Notes: a model not told the origin generated them from the letters alone. 59,949 bases of DNA from Candidatus Bathyarchaeota archaeon (GCA_963720565.1 CAVRFW010000010.1:1-59949), one strand, 5' to 3'. Positions 19,580 through 29,822 are shown, counted from the first letter of the stretch. Numbers and translations are program-made.

Positions 19580-20919
19580 TAAGGGTTTCTCCGGATTATT
19601 TTGCCGCTTCCCGGTTTCGCTACGATCTCCTGGTTTTCCATGACAAGTGCGCCGTTGACGTAGGTTTTAACGGGTTTTCCTTGCACTTCCCAATCGTTGA
19701 AGGGTGAGAATTTGGCTTTGGACTTGAATTTGCTGGCTTCAATCTTGAATCTCTGATTGTAATCTACAACCGTTAGGTCTGCCTTTTTTCCCTGCTCCAG
19801 GCGGCCGCGGTCTTTTAGGCTGAAGATTTCCGCTGGTTTTTCCGCGAGCAAATGAACGATTTGAGCGAGTGTTAAACGGTTTTTCTTAACCATCGTTAAC
19901 ATTAATGGTAGAGTTGTTTCTAAGCCGGGCACGCCAACTTTTACATCCCAGACGTCGCTCGCACACTTCTCGCTAAGAGAGTGTGGGGCATGGTCTGAGC
20001 CTAATGTGTCTATTGAGCCGTTTGCTATGCCTTTCCAGAGTGCTTCAATGTGGTTTTCGCTTCGGAGGGGTGGCATCATCACCAGCAGTTGGCCATACCT
20101 TGGAACGTCCGCGCTTGATAGCAGAAGGTGGTTAGGCGTCACTTCACAGGTTACTGTGGCGCCGCTTTTTTTCGCTTCAACAACGGCGTTTAGTCCTTCT
20201 TCTGATGTTATATGGCAAAAGTGTAGGTGAACGTCGGTTTCCTTGCCGATTTTTAGCAGGCGCTTTATGGCGGTGGCTTCGACTTCTTCTGAGTGTGCCT
20301 TAAGGAAGGCGGTCGCGTCGTTTCGATTGGCTTTTTTCATGCTCTCTACGTTTGCGGCTAGTAGTGTCTTGTCTTCTGCGTGGACGGCGACTGGAATTGT
20401 TTTGCCTACTTTTGTGAAAGCTTCTTGGAGTTTTTGGTCATCATCGATGTTTAATCCGCCTACTTGGTTGGCCATGAAAAGCTTGAAGGCTACAGCTCCC
20501 TGATCCACTATGTTTGAGACTTGGTCTATGTCTGTGGGGAATTCGGAGTAGAATCCGACGTCGACGAGAACTCTCCTCTTTGCTTTTTGCATGCGGTTCT
20601 TCAGCGCTGCCGCACTCATGGTTACGGGGGTGTTGTTGGGCATATCCAAAACGGTTGTGAAGCCGCCGGCTGCTGCTGCGGCGGTGCCTGTGTAGAAGTC
20701 TTCTTTGTAGGCTTTCTCTTCGTCTCTTAGGTGCACGTGAGCATCGATTAGGCCTGGTAGGACGAGGTGTTTTTGCAGGTTGACTTTTTCGTCGGCGTTT
20801 GGCATCTGTGTTTCTTTGCCGATCTTAAAGATTTTTCCGTCTTCAATGGCTATGCTGCAGTCAACTACCTCTTTGTTTAGGTAGGCTTTGGCATTGGCTA
20901 AAACGGAATCGACGATCAA
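19579..20919 (-). CDS. pyrC: Dihydroorotase (type I/allantoinase-like)
   Basis: PGLIDAHVHLRD, DMPNN, HAED, HFCH, SDHAPH. Confidence 0.9.
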   Translation of the reverse strand: MIVDSVLANAKAYLNKEVVDCSIAIEDGKIFKIGKETQMPNADEKVNLQKHLVLPGLIDAHVHLRDEEKAYKEDFYTGTAAAAAGGFTTVLDMPNNTPVTMSAAALKNRMQKAKRRVLVDVGFYSEFPTDIDQVSNIVDQGAVAFKLFMANQVGGLNIDDDQKLQEAFTKVGKTIPVAVHAEDKTLLAANVESMKKANRNDATAFLKAHSEEVEATAIKRLLKIGKETDVHLHFCHITSEEGLNAVVEAKKSGATVTCEVTPNHLLLSSADVPRYGQLLVMMPPLRSENHIEALWKGIANGSIDTLGSDHAPHSLSEKCASDVWDVKVGVPGLETTLPLMLTMVKKNRLTLAQIVHLLAEKPAEIFSLKDRGRLEQGKKADLTVVDYNQRFKIEASKFKSKAKFSPFNDWEVQGKPVKTYVNGALVMENQEIVAKPGSGKIIRRNP

Positions 20920-20994
20920 GTTGACGCGCTCTCTAATCTAATTTAGTTTAATTGATTGATTAGAGCGTGTAAATTAAAAAGGTTGTTTTCGGCG

Positions 20995-21579
20995 TTAGTC
21001 TGTTAGTTCTATTCGGCAGTCTTCGCAGAGGTTTTGTCCGTTGACTTCTTTGAGTTCTTCGGAGTAGGCGCCGCAGTGGTCGCAGTATCCGGCGAAGGGT
21101 GCTTCTTCTTCGGTTTTGTCCTCGTCTGCGGATTCTATGCGTGTTCTTTCTTGGATTATCTCTATTAGTTCAGGCATTACGGCTAGGATGTCTTTGCTTG
21201 AGACTAAGCCTACGAGTTTGTCTTTGTAGAGGACTCCTAGGCGTCTGATGTCTAGTCTGCTCATTCTTCTGGCTGCTTCGCTGATTGTAGCGTCTGGTTC
21301 TATGGTGACAACTGGTGAAGTCATGATGTCTTTGGCTTTTATGGCGTCGGGCATCAGGTTCTTCGATAGGACTCTTTTGACTAGGTCTCTTTCTGTGATG
21401 ATGCCGATGGGTTTTTGGGATTTGTTTACTATGATTACGCAGCCGAGGTTGTGTTCGTCCATGACTTTGGCGACCTTGTTTGAAGGTGCCTCTTCGTCCA
21501 GGGTTACTACTGGGCTGCTCATGGCGTCTTTAACCAGCATCCTTGTTCTCATTCCAATTTCAGACATTGCTTGAGTCAC
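20995..21579 (-). CDS. CBS-pair protein with C-terminal Zn ribbon
   Basis: Two CBS repeats (VKDAMSSPVVT, GIITERD, AKDIMTSP) and CDHC...CEDC. Confidence 0.9.
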   Translation of the reverse strand: MTQAMSEIGMRTRMLVKDAMSSPVVTLDEEAPSNKVAKVMDEHNLGCVIIVNKSQKPIGIITERDLVKRVLSKNLMPDAIKAKDIMTSPVVTIEPDATISEAARRMSRLDIRRLGVLYKDKLVGLVSSKDILAVMPELIEIIQERTRIESADEDKTEEEAPFAGYCDHCGAYSEELKEVNGQNLCEDCRIELTD

Positions 21580-21789
21580 TCCAGCGGTTTAACTGAGTTT
21601 ATTTTTTCTCAAGTCAACAGATTAATACCCATGAATTTAAGAGTTGCTTAAGTTCACCCGCAACCCGTTCTAGCTTTTTGCTTGTTGATAACCAGTCCTT
21701 AGAATTCTACCGTTTATCAACTTCTATGAGCCCTACTTTCTAGTCTGGTATAGAAGTGTTAATGTCTTGTTGTGCTCATAGTGTTAGCT

Positions 21790-23149
21790 ATGAGCGCTGA
21801 CGAGGGTGCCTTGAAGAGTCTGGTTACCCGGTTCGTTTACATTTACAGTGTCGTTGTTGATGCGGGGCTGGATCCTTTTCTGCAGCTTTCTGAGGGATTT
21901 TTGCCGTTGGACAGCGATCTTGCCAAGAGGAAGGCTGCGCATTATTTTTTGTTGACGGCGGCGCTTAGTGATTCGGAATTGACTGGCAACGCTAGGAACA
22001 TTCAGTTGCTGATGAATCATCTTCACTCTGCTTTCGGCGACAAACTTTACACGGCCATTAAGCCAGAGGCTTTTGAGTCTGAGGTTGGCAGGTGTGAGGT
22101 CGAGCTTGGTAGTTTGGATTCGCTGGGTCCAAAGAAGAAGGAGATTCCTGAGGTTTTGGCTTCGGTTAACCGGTTTGTGGCCAAGAAGGCTCATGGTGAT
22201 CTTGTGGCGCATAGTTCCTCGTTGGCGTCGGAGGAGTTTGAAGCCGGAGGTTTTGGTGAAGGAGCTTTCTTATGGAATCAAGAGGATGAACGGGCCTGGC
22301 AAGGCTAAGGCTTGGCTTTACTTGCGTTGGATGGTTCGAAAGGATCCCGACTTGGGAATTTTTGACTTTGACCCCAAAGACTTGATGGTGCCTTTGAGTA
22401 CGCCGAAGTTGCGTGTTGCGGTGGCTCTGGGGCTAATTGATAAGGAGAACTTGGCGCTTGACTTGAATTCGCGGTCTAAACCAACTAGTTGGTGGAGCAG
22501 TACCGCAGAGTTTGACAAGGCACAAGAATCGTTGACGTGTTATGCGCGCTCGCTTTTTCCGGAGGATCCTGCGAAGGTTGATTTTCCATTCTTCATATTG
22601 GGAACCTGGCTGGAAGACTTTGACCTCACCCCCGCTTCGCTTGAAAGGTGCTTGAGGTATTTCATCAAAAAGTTCTCGGTGTTGCATAAGCCGCCTATCC
22701 GCTACTTAGTGGCAGTTCCCCATTACAGCCGAGGCTTCCTGGTTCCTGAGATGGGTCCTTTCGGAGGTTTTGAAAGAGAAGTCTACGATTTCCTCAGGAA
22801 GAGGCAGATCAAGTTTGACTATGAATTCATAGAGTTCCAGTTGCCCAACACGGGCGGAGTAACCTGGGCTTCACCAACTTTCACTCCAGATTTCCTTTTG
22901 CCACAGAAAACTCTTAACGGACGAAAAATATTGTTGGAGCCCCACGGCGTAAGAGACGGCCTACAAGGATTCTTAGACAAGCTTTCTGTTTTCAGGGAAT
23001 TTCACGGGGAACACTTCGCTGTAGCACTAATCATACCGGATGAATTTGCTGACCTGGTTGAAACGCTAGACCCAAAGCGTCAAGCTTACGATCTGTTCTG
23101 GAAACATAGCAACTACAAAAACGAGCTTGAAAATTACCGTAGCACTTAG
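21790..23149 (+). CDS. DUF2400/TIGR02757-like HhH-fold protein fused to a PD-(D/E)XK nuclease-like domain (frameshift near 22230)
   Basis: LYLRWMVRKDPDLGI...PKDLMVPL...RVAVALGL and FPEDPAKVDF; C-terminal FEREVYDFL...YE...FTPDFLLP...LLEPHG. Confidence 0.7.
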
Positions 23150-23170
23150 AACCCGCAGACTAGCGCGCAT

Positions 23171-23300
23171 GGCTGTTGAACTTGTAAAACTATTTTCAAC
23201 TTCAGAAAATTGCAAGGTTTTAGCGAAACGATAGGCTCAATGACGTGTTTCACATACAAGACGCAACTTCCTGAAACTAATTTGACTTTTCAACAGTCTC
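23171..23300. mobile_element. Possible MITE/IS-end remnant (~130 bp)
   Basis: Imperfect terminal inverted repeats GGCTGTTGAA(CTTGTAAAACTA) and (TAATTTGACTT)TTCAACAGTCTC; no ORF inside. Confidence 0.4.
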
Positions 23301-23599
23301 TGTTCCTTATTTGGTTAAAAATGGTTTTAATTCCTCTAAGTCTTCTCTTTTTCCTCTAACCCGCACGCACTTGGATTTCAACGTTTGATCTAGAAATCGG
23401 AAAGCAGAATTATAGCCATTTTTAGGAACAAACACGCGCGTCTAAACACTGAAAATTAAATTTTGATCCACAAACCCAAAAAAAGGAGATAGCATCCTAC
23501 CGTCGTATGCGCGCGTGGAAAAGTTCAGTGGTTTATAAGTGTCGGGGCTATTATATAATTGAGGATTTTAGTAGCATTTTTTGAGGAGAAAAAGGAATC

Positions 23600-23734
23600 T
23601 TGACTTACAAGAATTGGTATACTGGAACAACGTATGAGTCGTTTAAGTGTAGAATGTGTAAGGTCTGTTTTTCTAATCCTGATGAGTTGAGAATGCACAG
23701 TATGGTAAAGCATAAGGGGCATATGCTCCTCTAA
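23600..23734 (+). CDS. Small C2H2 zinc-finger protein (44 aa, absent from the ORF track)
   Basis: MTYKNWYTGTTYESFKCRMCKVCFSNPDELRMHSMVKHKGHMLL fits F-x-C-x2-C-x3-F-x5-L-x2-H-x4-H; GAGGAG upstream. Confidence 0.7.
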   Translation: MTYKNWYTGTTYESFKCRMCKVCFSNPDELRMHSMVKHKGHMLL

Positions 23735-23860
23735 AAAAGAAGCTGATTAGGAGTATTGCTTTTGTCAGCCACGGAAACCACGGCTAAATCCTCACTTTCG
23801 TAGCGTTTTACTATTGAGATTACCTAGCGTGTGAATGTAAAAATTGTTGAGTAGATTGAT

Positions 23861-24052
23861 ATGAAAAATTTTGAAAGATTAAGTAATAAAGTTCTCAGTA
23901 GAAGTTGCCCTTGTGGTATCGTATTCGAAACGTATGATCCAAATAAAATGTACCATTCAAACAATTGTATGGCAAGTGCGCGCGCTAAAAGATGTGGAAT
24001 CAGGATAGCCCAAAGAAAGAGAACTAAAGCGCGTGCGCTAACAAGCGTATGA
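23861..24052 (+). CDS. Small Cys/His Zn-finger protein (CGNR-like)
   Basis: RSCPCGIVFE...MYHSNNC followed by a basic helix. Confidence 0.5.
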   Translation: MKNFERLSNKVLSRSCPCGIVFETYDPNKMYHSNNCMASARAKRCGIRIAQRKRTKARALTSV

Positions 24053-24329
24053 ATATGTTTTTTCCATGCTTTTGTACATGCAACAAGTCTTTTTGAGTAT
24101 ACGTTCAAAAAATAGAAGGAGCTCAAATATTTTGTTCCCCGGCAAAAGAAGCCCGAAACAAGCCCGAAATACCAGCATTGATGATTAAAACGGGCTCCGA
24201 AGCACAACAGAAAGTATAAAATGATAGAAAATTAAGTTTTAGTTCCAAATCTAAACCATTAGATTTTAATCCAAATTTCGTCTAATTTGGAGATCAGAAA
24301 CGACTGCTTGGGAAAGGTGAAGAGGGATT

Positions 24330-24705
24330 TTGAAAACGAAATTTGTGACTGTAGGAATCAGAGTCAAAGACCTACAAAATCCATAGATTTCTACGTGAAA
24401 TTGCTAGGCATGAAAATAGTTGGCAGAGGAAAACTTGAAGAAACCAAGGGAGAATGGGTAGAATTGGTCAGCGAAAAAGATGGTATAATTCTTGAGCTAA
24501 GCTACTACGAAGCAGCCAGTCCTTACCACGTTGAATATTTGGTGAGCGAGGGACTGGATCACTTAACATTCAAGGTTAATACCCTTAACGAAGCTCTTGA
24601 GAAAATTGAATCAGCTGGATATCCCGTGAAAGAAGAACAGGAAAAAGGAAAATTCAGATGGGCTTATGTTGTAGCCCCAACGGAATTTGGGTCCAATTCT
24701 ACTAG
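24330..24705 (+). CDS. VOC/glyoxalase family protein (two frameshifts)
   Basis: VGIRVKDL / SIDFYVKLLGMK...LEL...DHLTFKV...AYVV(D)PNGIWVQF. Confidence 0.8.
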
Positions 24706-24779
24706 GCAATTCCAGTTCTGGTTGGTTGGAATAAAATTTAGTCCCCAAACCCAACTATTACTTCGAACCGTACCGTAGA

Positions 24780-25067
24780 CTATTCTTGTTCTTCTTCAAC
24801 GAACTTTGCGATCTTCAACTTGATTTCGTTTGCCCAAGGCTTCGCTCTGATTATGAAGTATTCTCCGCCTTTTAGCCCAAATAACTCTCTTACTTCTTTG
24901 GGAATAACAACGTAGTAGGATGTTTTATCGGGACGCATGTATCCTTTAACAATTACCCTCTGAGGATGCTTTCCATTTCCTTCACAGTGATTTCGCATTC
25001 CCATATGATGCTTTCTCATTCGTTCAAAGCCTTTTTCCTCTGAGCGTTCTTCTTTGTGTTCTTCCAT
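24780..25067 (-). CDS. AbrB/MazE/SpoVT-like DNA-binding protein
   Basis: SYYVVIPKEVRELFGLKGGEYF; RBS GAGGTGA. Confidence 0.75.
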   Translation of the reverse strand: MEEHKEERSEEKGFERMRKHHMGMRNHCEGNGKHPQRVIVKGYMRPDKTSYYVVIPKEVRELFGLKGGEYFIIRAKPWANEIKLKIAKFVEEEQE

Positions 25068-25204
25068 TCATTTCACCTCTTAACATGTTTAGCATACTGA
25101 GTATGTTGAACAAACACTTAAAGTTATTGCTCACCATCGCTAGAAAGTGACGTCATAGAGAGCAAGTCCAAATTGGTTGGTTGGATTAAGTGCGCGCGAA
25201 AACC

Positions 25205-25360
25205 TCAACAGTAGAACCAACACCAACGCTAACACCAACCAGCCGGTCGTCAGGAATAGGAGACTTTTGTTTTCCTCCCAAAGGCTTCTACGTCATCGCA
25301 GCCATCGGCGTGGGAATAATCTTCGCCGTTACCTTTGTAGCCCTCAAGAGAAAAAGATAA
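25205..25360 (+). pseudogene. Orphan C-terminal PT-linker + TM + KRKR anchor fragment
   Basis: [13 protein letters not shown]...FYVIAAIGVGIIFAVTFVALKRKR*; no start codon; begins just after GCGCGCG at 25192. Confidence 0.6.
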
Positions 25361-25607
25361 GTAGCGAACTGTCAGTTACTTGAAGACTTCAAGTGAAAAT
25401 CTGATTCGCGCTCTCAACGCGCCCGCACTTCACTTCATGCTACTGATAGACTAAGAAAGAAGAAAAAGTGGTTGTTGAGCGTTGCCGACTTGTATTTGGG
25501 TTTGTGGTGCTGCTTTGAAGAGAATGGCCTCATCTCACACAAAATCAAAGATTTGTGGAATAGTCGCCTATAAATCGGGATGCAAAATACAATACTCTGA
25601 GCGAGTG

Positions 25608-26651
25608 CTATTTCTTTGGTCTCTTCAGGATCAAAAACATTGTTGCTGAGGCTATGATGGCCGCTATTAGAACGGTTACACATGCGATGACGAAGAAGGC
25701 TTCTAGATGCGAAAACATGCCTGCAGTCGTCGGTTGAGGCGTTGGGGAAGGTTCAACAGTCGGCGCAGGTGAAGTAGTCGGCGTGGGAGTAGGAGCATCT
25801 GTTGGAGTAGGTGTTGAGGTCGGACCAGATGTTGGGGTTGAGGAAGGACTGGGAGTAGAAGTGGGCGATGGTGATGGAGAAGGGGTAGGCGTCGCTGTGG
25901 GTGTCGGAGTGGGAATTGGCGTCGGCGTTGGAGTCGGTGTTATAGTCGGGGTAGGCGTGGGAATCGGGGTCGGTATGGGTGTTTGTGTAGGAGTAGGTGC
26001 AACCGTTGGAGTGGGTTTTGGAGTTGGTGTGGGAGTAGGTTCAGTTGTTGGAGTCGGCGTTAATGTTGGAGTAGGTGTTGGATTTGGATTTGGAGTGGGG
26101 GAAACATGATCTGTTGAAACTACTGAAACATCATCGAAGTAGGCTGTTGCAAAACTGTAAAATCTGAAGTCAACCCAACATCTGGTGTATGATGGCAAAG
26201 CTGTCGTTGTAAATGAAACAAAATTCCAAGTTGATGATGATGAACAAGCAAGCATCTTGTAATACGTGGTTTCCTCTACTGGATAATTGTCACAAATCAA
26301 AAATGCGTTAAAGTTGTCAGTTGATTTATAGGCAAAACTAACAACGTAAGCTTTACCAACGGTTGGTGTGACAAAGCCTTGCATACAGACATAGCCTAAT
26401 GGTTCAGGAGAAACATAATTGGCAACTTGCATTAAACCACAACCAGAACCTGAATATGGACTTGAGGTTGACATTGCGAGTGAAGCCGTGTTTCCTCCAG
26501 TGACATACATGCTCCAACCTGAAGTACTTGAGTCAAAACTGCCATTTGAGAGGATTGTGCCCGGAACTGACAATCCAAAGATTGGTGATGCTGCTAAAAG
26601 GATACCTAGCATCATCAACGCAAGTAGAACAGTTTTGACTTTAATCTTCAT
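25608..26651 (-). CDS. Secreted carbohydrate-binding (CBM4/9-like) protein with Pro/Thr linker and C-terminal TM anchor
   Basis: Signal peptide, ILSNGSFD...W, AYFDDVSV, ~120-aa PT repeat, TM + KRPKK. Confidence 0.85.
   Translation of the reverse strand: MKIKVKTVLLALMMLGILLAASPIFGLSVPGTILSNGSFDSSTSGWSMYVTGGNTASLAMSTSSPYSGSGCGLMQVANYVSPEPLGYVCMQGFVTPTVGKAYVVSFAYKSTDNFNAFLICDNYPVEETTYYKMLACSSSSTWNFVSFTTTALPSYTRCWVDFRFYSFATAYFDDVSVVSTDHVSPTPNPNPTPTPTLTPTPTTEPTPTPTPKPTPTVAPTPTQTPIPTPIPTPTPTITPTPTPTPIPTPTPTATPTPSPSPSPTSTPSPSSTPTSGPTSTPTPTDAPTPTPTTSPAPTVEPSPTPQPTTAGMFSHLEAFFVIACVTVLIAAIIASATMFLILKRPKK
25735..26100 (-). repeat. Pro-Thr coding low-complexity repeat
   Basis: Degenerate 6-nt periodic repeat encoding (PT)n. 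Confidence 0.9.
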
Positions 26652-27229
26652 TTTCTATTTTCCTCTTAGAAGCGCTCACGCTCAAAGACATGGAGGAAGC
26701 TACTAACAACCAGCGCGCGCTTAATTTCAGAGAAAAACATGATAAACATAACGGCAAGAGAGCTAACACTATTTCAGAATAAGTTCTCCTGCTCAACGCT
26801 CTCCCTAGTTGACACGTAGTTACTAGACTCATAAGCGTTATGGAACTATCTTCTATAGCTACTTTCATCAACTCCAGCCTTATGAAGACCAAGCTATTGT
26901 CCTAGAAACTCTGCTTGAGATTCTGGAAACTCTTTTACTAAGAAAAGCCCACGTTACCTTCGCGCCCCACAGTGTCCGGGGTAAAAAGAGCTCAAGAGAT
27001 TGGACTTTTTCAAAAATATCAGTTTTGTCCAGTTTCGCCAAAATAGGCTTGCGGAATGCTTGGTTGCCATCGAGACAACTTTTCCTGAGAGATGTCTTTT
27101 TTCTTTTTTGTGATAGAACAACAAATGAGGTTTGCAGAAGTAGTTGACTGTTGTTCTTCTTCTCTGCGGGGTTAGGAGCTCGCGCTTGCAGTCTCAAGTT
27201 AGTTAAACTTTCGGTGTGATCGGATTCTG

Positions 27230-27691
27230 CTAGAGTTTGTAGTCGGTTGCGTTTCCCCATGGTTCAACTTTGCAGTCTTGGGATTTTGGCTTATGAAAAT
27301 GCACGAGTATTTCAGCTCGGTCAAGCCTTGGGTCTTTAAGGAAAAGTTCGCGGTCGCCGTGTATGATTGCTTCGAGTGCGAGCGGTAGCTCGCGGCGAAA
27401 TATGGACTCTCGAAGAGAAGCCGTTCCGAAGACTAAGCCACCGCAAACGTGGCAATAAACATGCAAAGAGAAACGGTCTTGCTCTGTTTTCCATTCGGCT
27501 AGAACTTCGTCTCGCATGAGCCGCGTGTACAATCCTGAAATCTGCTTGTCATCGAAGTCTGAGCTGACTTTGAGAAACAGGTCACCCGTCTTGTCCGAAT
27601 GCGTAAGTGTATAACGCCTGGGCAAAGATAGGATATCATGCGAAACGCTGTCAAAATGAACGTGAAGCTTCTTTGGGTCCAAGCGGCTCAA
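27230..27691 (-). CDS. Staygreen (SGR) family protein
   Basis: LPRRYTLTHSDKTGDLFL, RDEVLAEW, LHVYCHV, IFRRELPLALEAIIHGD; TTG start with GGAGGA RBS. Confidence 0.9.
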   Translation of the reverse strand: MSRLDPKKLHVHFDSVSHDILSLPRRYTLTHSDKTGDLFLKVSSDFDDKQISGLYTRLMRDEVLAEWKTEQDRFSLHVYCHVCGGLVFGTASLRESIFRRELPLALEAIIHGDRELFLKDPRLDRAEILVHFHKPKSQDCKVEPWGNATDYKL

Positions 27692-27814
27692 TCTAGGGTG
27701 TCCTCCATTATTTGAGTTCCAGTTGAGCAAGATAAATCTCGTGCGGATTATGTCTTTCCGAAAATGTAGGCTATAGCGCACAGGATTCTGCGCATCGAAG
27801 ACGGCGTCATAAAG

Positions 27815-28039
27815 TTGGCGTTGACGCCTTCAGAGGTTATTGTTGAAGAAAAAGCTGTTTCCTACACTGACCAGTTGAGGGCAAGAATCGGCGAAATTAG
27901 CGGGCAGATGCTGCAACTGGACCAAGACTTCAGGTCAAACAGAATAACAGGGGACGAGTATACCGATAAACGAATAAAACTTAGACAGACTCTTGGCAGC
28001 CTACGAGAGGAACTAGCGAGGATGGGCATGGTAACATAG
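27815..28039 (+). CDS. Small coiled-coil/SHOCT-like protein
   Basis: LDQDFRSNRITGDEYTDKR helical hairpin. Confidence 0.55.
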   Translation: MALTPSEVIVEEKAVSYTDQLRARIGEISGQMLQLDQDFRSNRITGDEYTDKRIKLRQTLGSLREELARMGMVT

Positions 28040-28069
28040 CCTGCCCTTTAAACAAGAAGTGACTCTATT

Positions 28070-28243
28070 CTATTCTGTTGGGCTGTATTCTATTCTGCTG
28101 TGGCATCGCCTGTATTCTGCTGAATGTTGCTCCTTGACATTTCCAAATGCGGACATGTGCTTCTCCAAATCAGCAACGCTGCAAAAGACGCATGGGCAGA
28201 AGGGACACCTATAGAAACCCTTCTCAGACCGTCCTTCTTCCAT
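28070..28243 (-). CDS. Small C2H2-like zinc-finger protein
   Basis: FYRCPFCPCVFCSVADLEKHMSAFG..H. Confidence 0.6.
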   Translation of the reverse strand: MEEGRSEKGFYRCPFCPCVFCSVADLEKHMSAFGNVKEQHSAEYRRCHSRIEYSPTE

Positions 28244-28373
28244 AACAACCCCGAATACACAATTGCACTGCAGACGTATTAAAAGACCGCTTCCAACCAC
28301 TATCCCTCACGAAGCGCGCGATTTTGGGCTTGCGCTAATCCAGCCAATCATACGCTGAAGCTAAACAAACGAG

Positions 28374-28517
28374 TTACTTTGATTGCCAGAAAGCTGCTGT
28401 TGTGAAATGAGCCCCACAGGCGTCGCAGTCCCCTTCTGCACACATTCTCCATCGGGTACTTCTTTTCGCTTTTGACTCAGTTCCGCACTTTGGGCATTTC
28501 GCAAAGATTTGGGTCAT
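28374..28517 (-). CDS. Small Zn-ribbon protein
   Basis: CPKCG...CDACG. Confidence 0.55.
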   Translation of the reverse strand: MTQIFAKCPKCGTESKAKRSTRWRMCAEGDCDACGAHFTTAAFWQSK

Positions 28518-28659
28518 GCGAATGTTTCTGTTAGTTTCAATATTTAAGGGATTTTGAACCGAAGAAACACATGCTACGCGTAAACACATAAATCAATACA
28601 CTTATAAGCAAGTATGTACATTATGTATTATGTGGATAAGCGGATAAGGTGAATTAAAA

Positions 28660-28722
28660 ATGATTACAAAAACAAACATGAAACTTGGCATCTGGCAATT
28701 CGCTTATTGGAAAAACTTCTGA
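28660..28722 (+). CDS. Possible 20-aa micropeptide
   Basis: MITKTNMKLGIWQFAYWKNF preceded by AGGTGA RBS and TATA-like CTTATAAG near 28601. Confidence 0.3.
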   Translation: MITKTNMKLGIWQFAYWKNF

Positions 28723-28774
28723 CACGTCGAAACGTGCACAAAAAATCTAAAATAAAAATCGGTGAACAAAAAAA

Positions 28775-28918
28775 ATGGGTCGTATATGCGTGGAGCTTCC
28801 GGACGAGCTAGAAAAGCAACTAAGATTCAAAACAATCGAGAGATTCAGCGGGAAAAAAGGCGACTTAACCCGAGCCGTCGAAGAAGCCGTAAAAACATGG
28901 ATTGCCAAAGACGAGTAA
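28775..28918 (+). CDS. Ribbon-helix-helix (CopG-like) protein, 47 aa (absent from the ORF track)
   Basis: MGRICVELPDELEKQLR...KKGDLTRAVEEAVKTWI; GGTGA RBS. Confidence 0.75.
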   Translation: MGRICVELPDELEKQLRFKTIERFSGKKGDLTRAVEEAVKTWIAKDE

Positions 28919-29153
28919 GCCCACGTCCCCGCCATCTCCAAATAACTCCATTTTAAGTCCCTTTCGAAAAAAGGCATTAGGGGAAAGCCAGCCAGCCTCG
29001 ACACCTAAAAAGGCTATGAGCGCGTGAGGGGCCAATAGCTGAGGTCCTCCCTGTTTCAAAATGTGGAGTTGAAAAAAATCCATTTTTCAGGAATAGTAAG
29101 AAGAGATAGCACATAGTAGAATTCTATTAATAGTTTAATCGAGGTGAAAAAAA

Positions 29154-29723
29154 ATGAACAAAGAAGAGAAGAAGACGCCGGTTAAGGCGATCGCAAAAAC
29201 TGGAATCGCAGAAAAACCTGCAAAACCCGTAACTGCCAAAAGTATTCCTTCTAAAAACATAATTGCCAAGCATATTCCTGCAGTTCATGTTCTGACGACC
29301 TTTGACGATTTGATGGGTGATTTTCGCAGAAACTTCTTTGAAAGCATAGCTTTTCCGTGGGATTGGATTAGTGCTGAGCCCCTTGTTCCGGTACGTGAGG
29401 CAACTGTAGATTTGGTTGATGAGGGAAAAATGTTTGTGGTGCATGCTGAGCTGCCTGGCGTGGCGAAAGACAAGATCGATGTGGCGTTAACGAAGGATGG
29501 TATCGAAATCTCGGCTGAAACAGATGTTCATACGGAAGACAAGGGAAAGAACTTTGTTGTCAGAGAACGCACTTACTCGCATGTTTACAAACAGCTTTCG
29601 TTCCCAGAAGAAGTAATCCCTGAGAAGGCTGAATCTACATTCAAGGATGGATTACTTGAAGTCTGTATCCCAAAGAAGACGATTGCGCCCGTGCCTAAAA
29701 AGCACAAAGTAACAGTGAAATAG
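29154..29723 (+). CDS. hsp20: Hsp20/alpha-crystallin small heat-shock protein
   Basis: VDLVDEG...AELPGVAKDKIDV...FKDGLLEV.IPK. Confidence 0.95.
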   Translation: MNKEEKKTPVKAIAKTGIAEKPAKPVTAKSIPSKNIIAKHIPAVHVLTTFDDLMGDFRRNFFESIAFPWDWISAEPLVPVREATVDLVDEGKMFVVHAELPGVAKDKIDVALTKDGIEISAETDVHTEDKGKNFVVRERTYSHVYKQLSFPEEVIPEKAESTFKDGLLEVCIPKKTIAPVPKKHKVTVK

Positions 29724-29822
29724 TTGGTGTGTAGTGGCATTTTTTTGCTCACTATGCGCACGCTTTTTGACAGCTACTGGCAGAGACAAAATTGAAGTTT
29801 GAGGTAGCTCCATAAAAGTTGG

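Noticed and set aside
25783..26109. Gly-Val repeat protein
   Set aside because: Antisense of the Pro-Thr linker
26700..27225. ORFs 26641..26892 and 26880..27260
   Set aside because: No motifs or clear start signals; probably non-coding or degraded
28548..28560. Reverse T-loop-like GGGATTTTGAACC (also 52851-52873 and GGCGACATCGCCA near 59867) as extra array repeats
   Set aside because: Only one sub-motif matches in each case; too short to support
28762..28956. 64-aa basic ORF
   Set aside because: The overlapping frame 28775..28918 encodes a convincing RHH protein
29114..29129. Heat-shock operator palindrome TAGAATTCTA upstream of hsp20
   Set aside because: The same 10-mer occurs at 21700 but not before the thermosome or clpB; no support for a regulon
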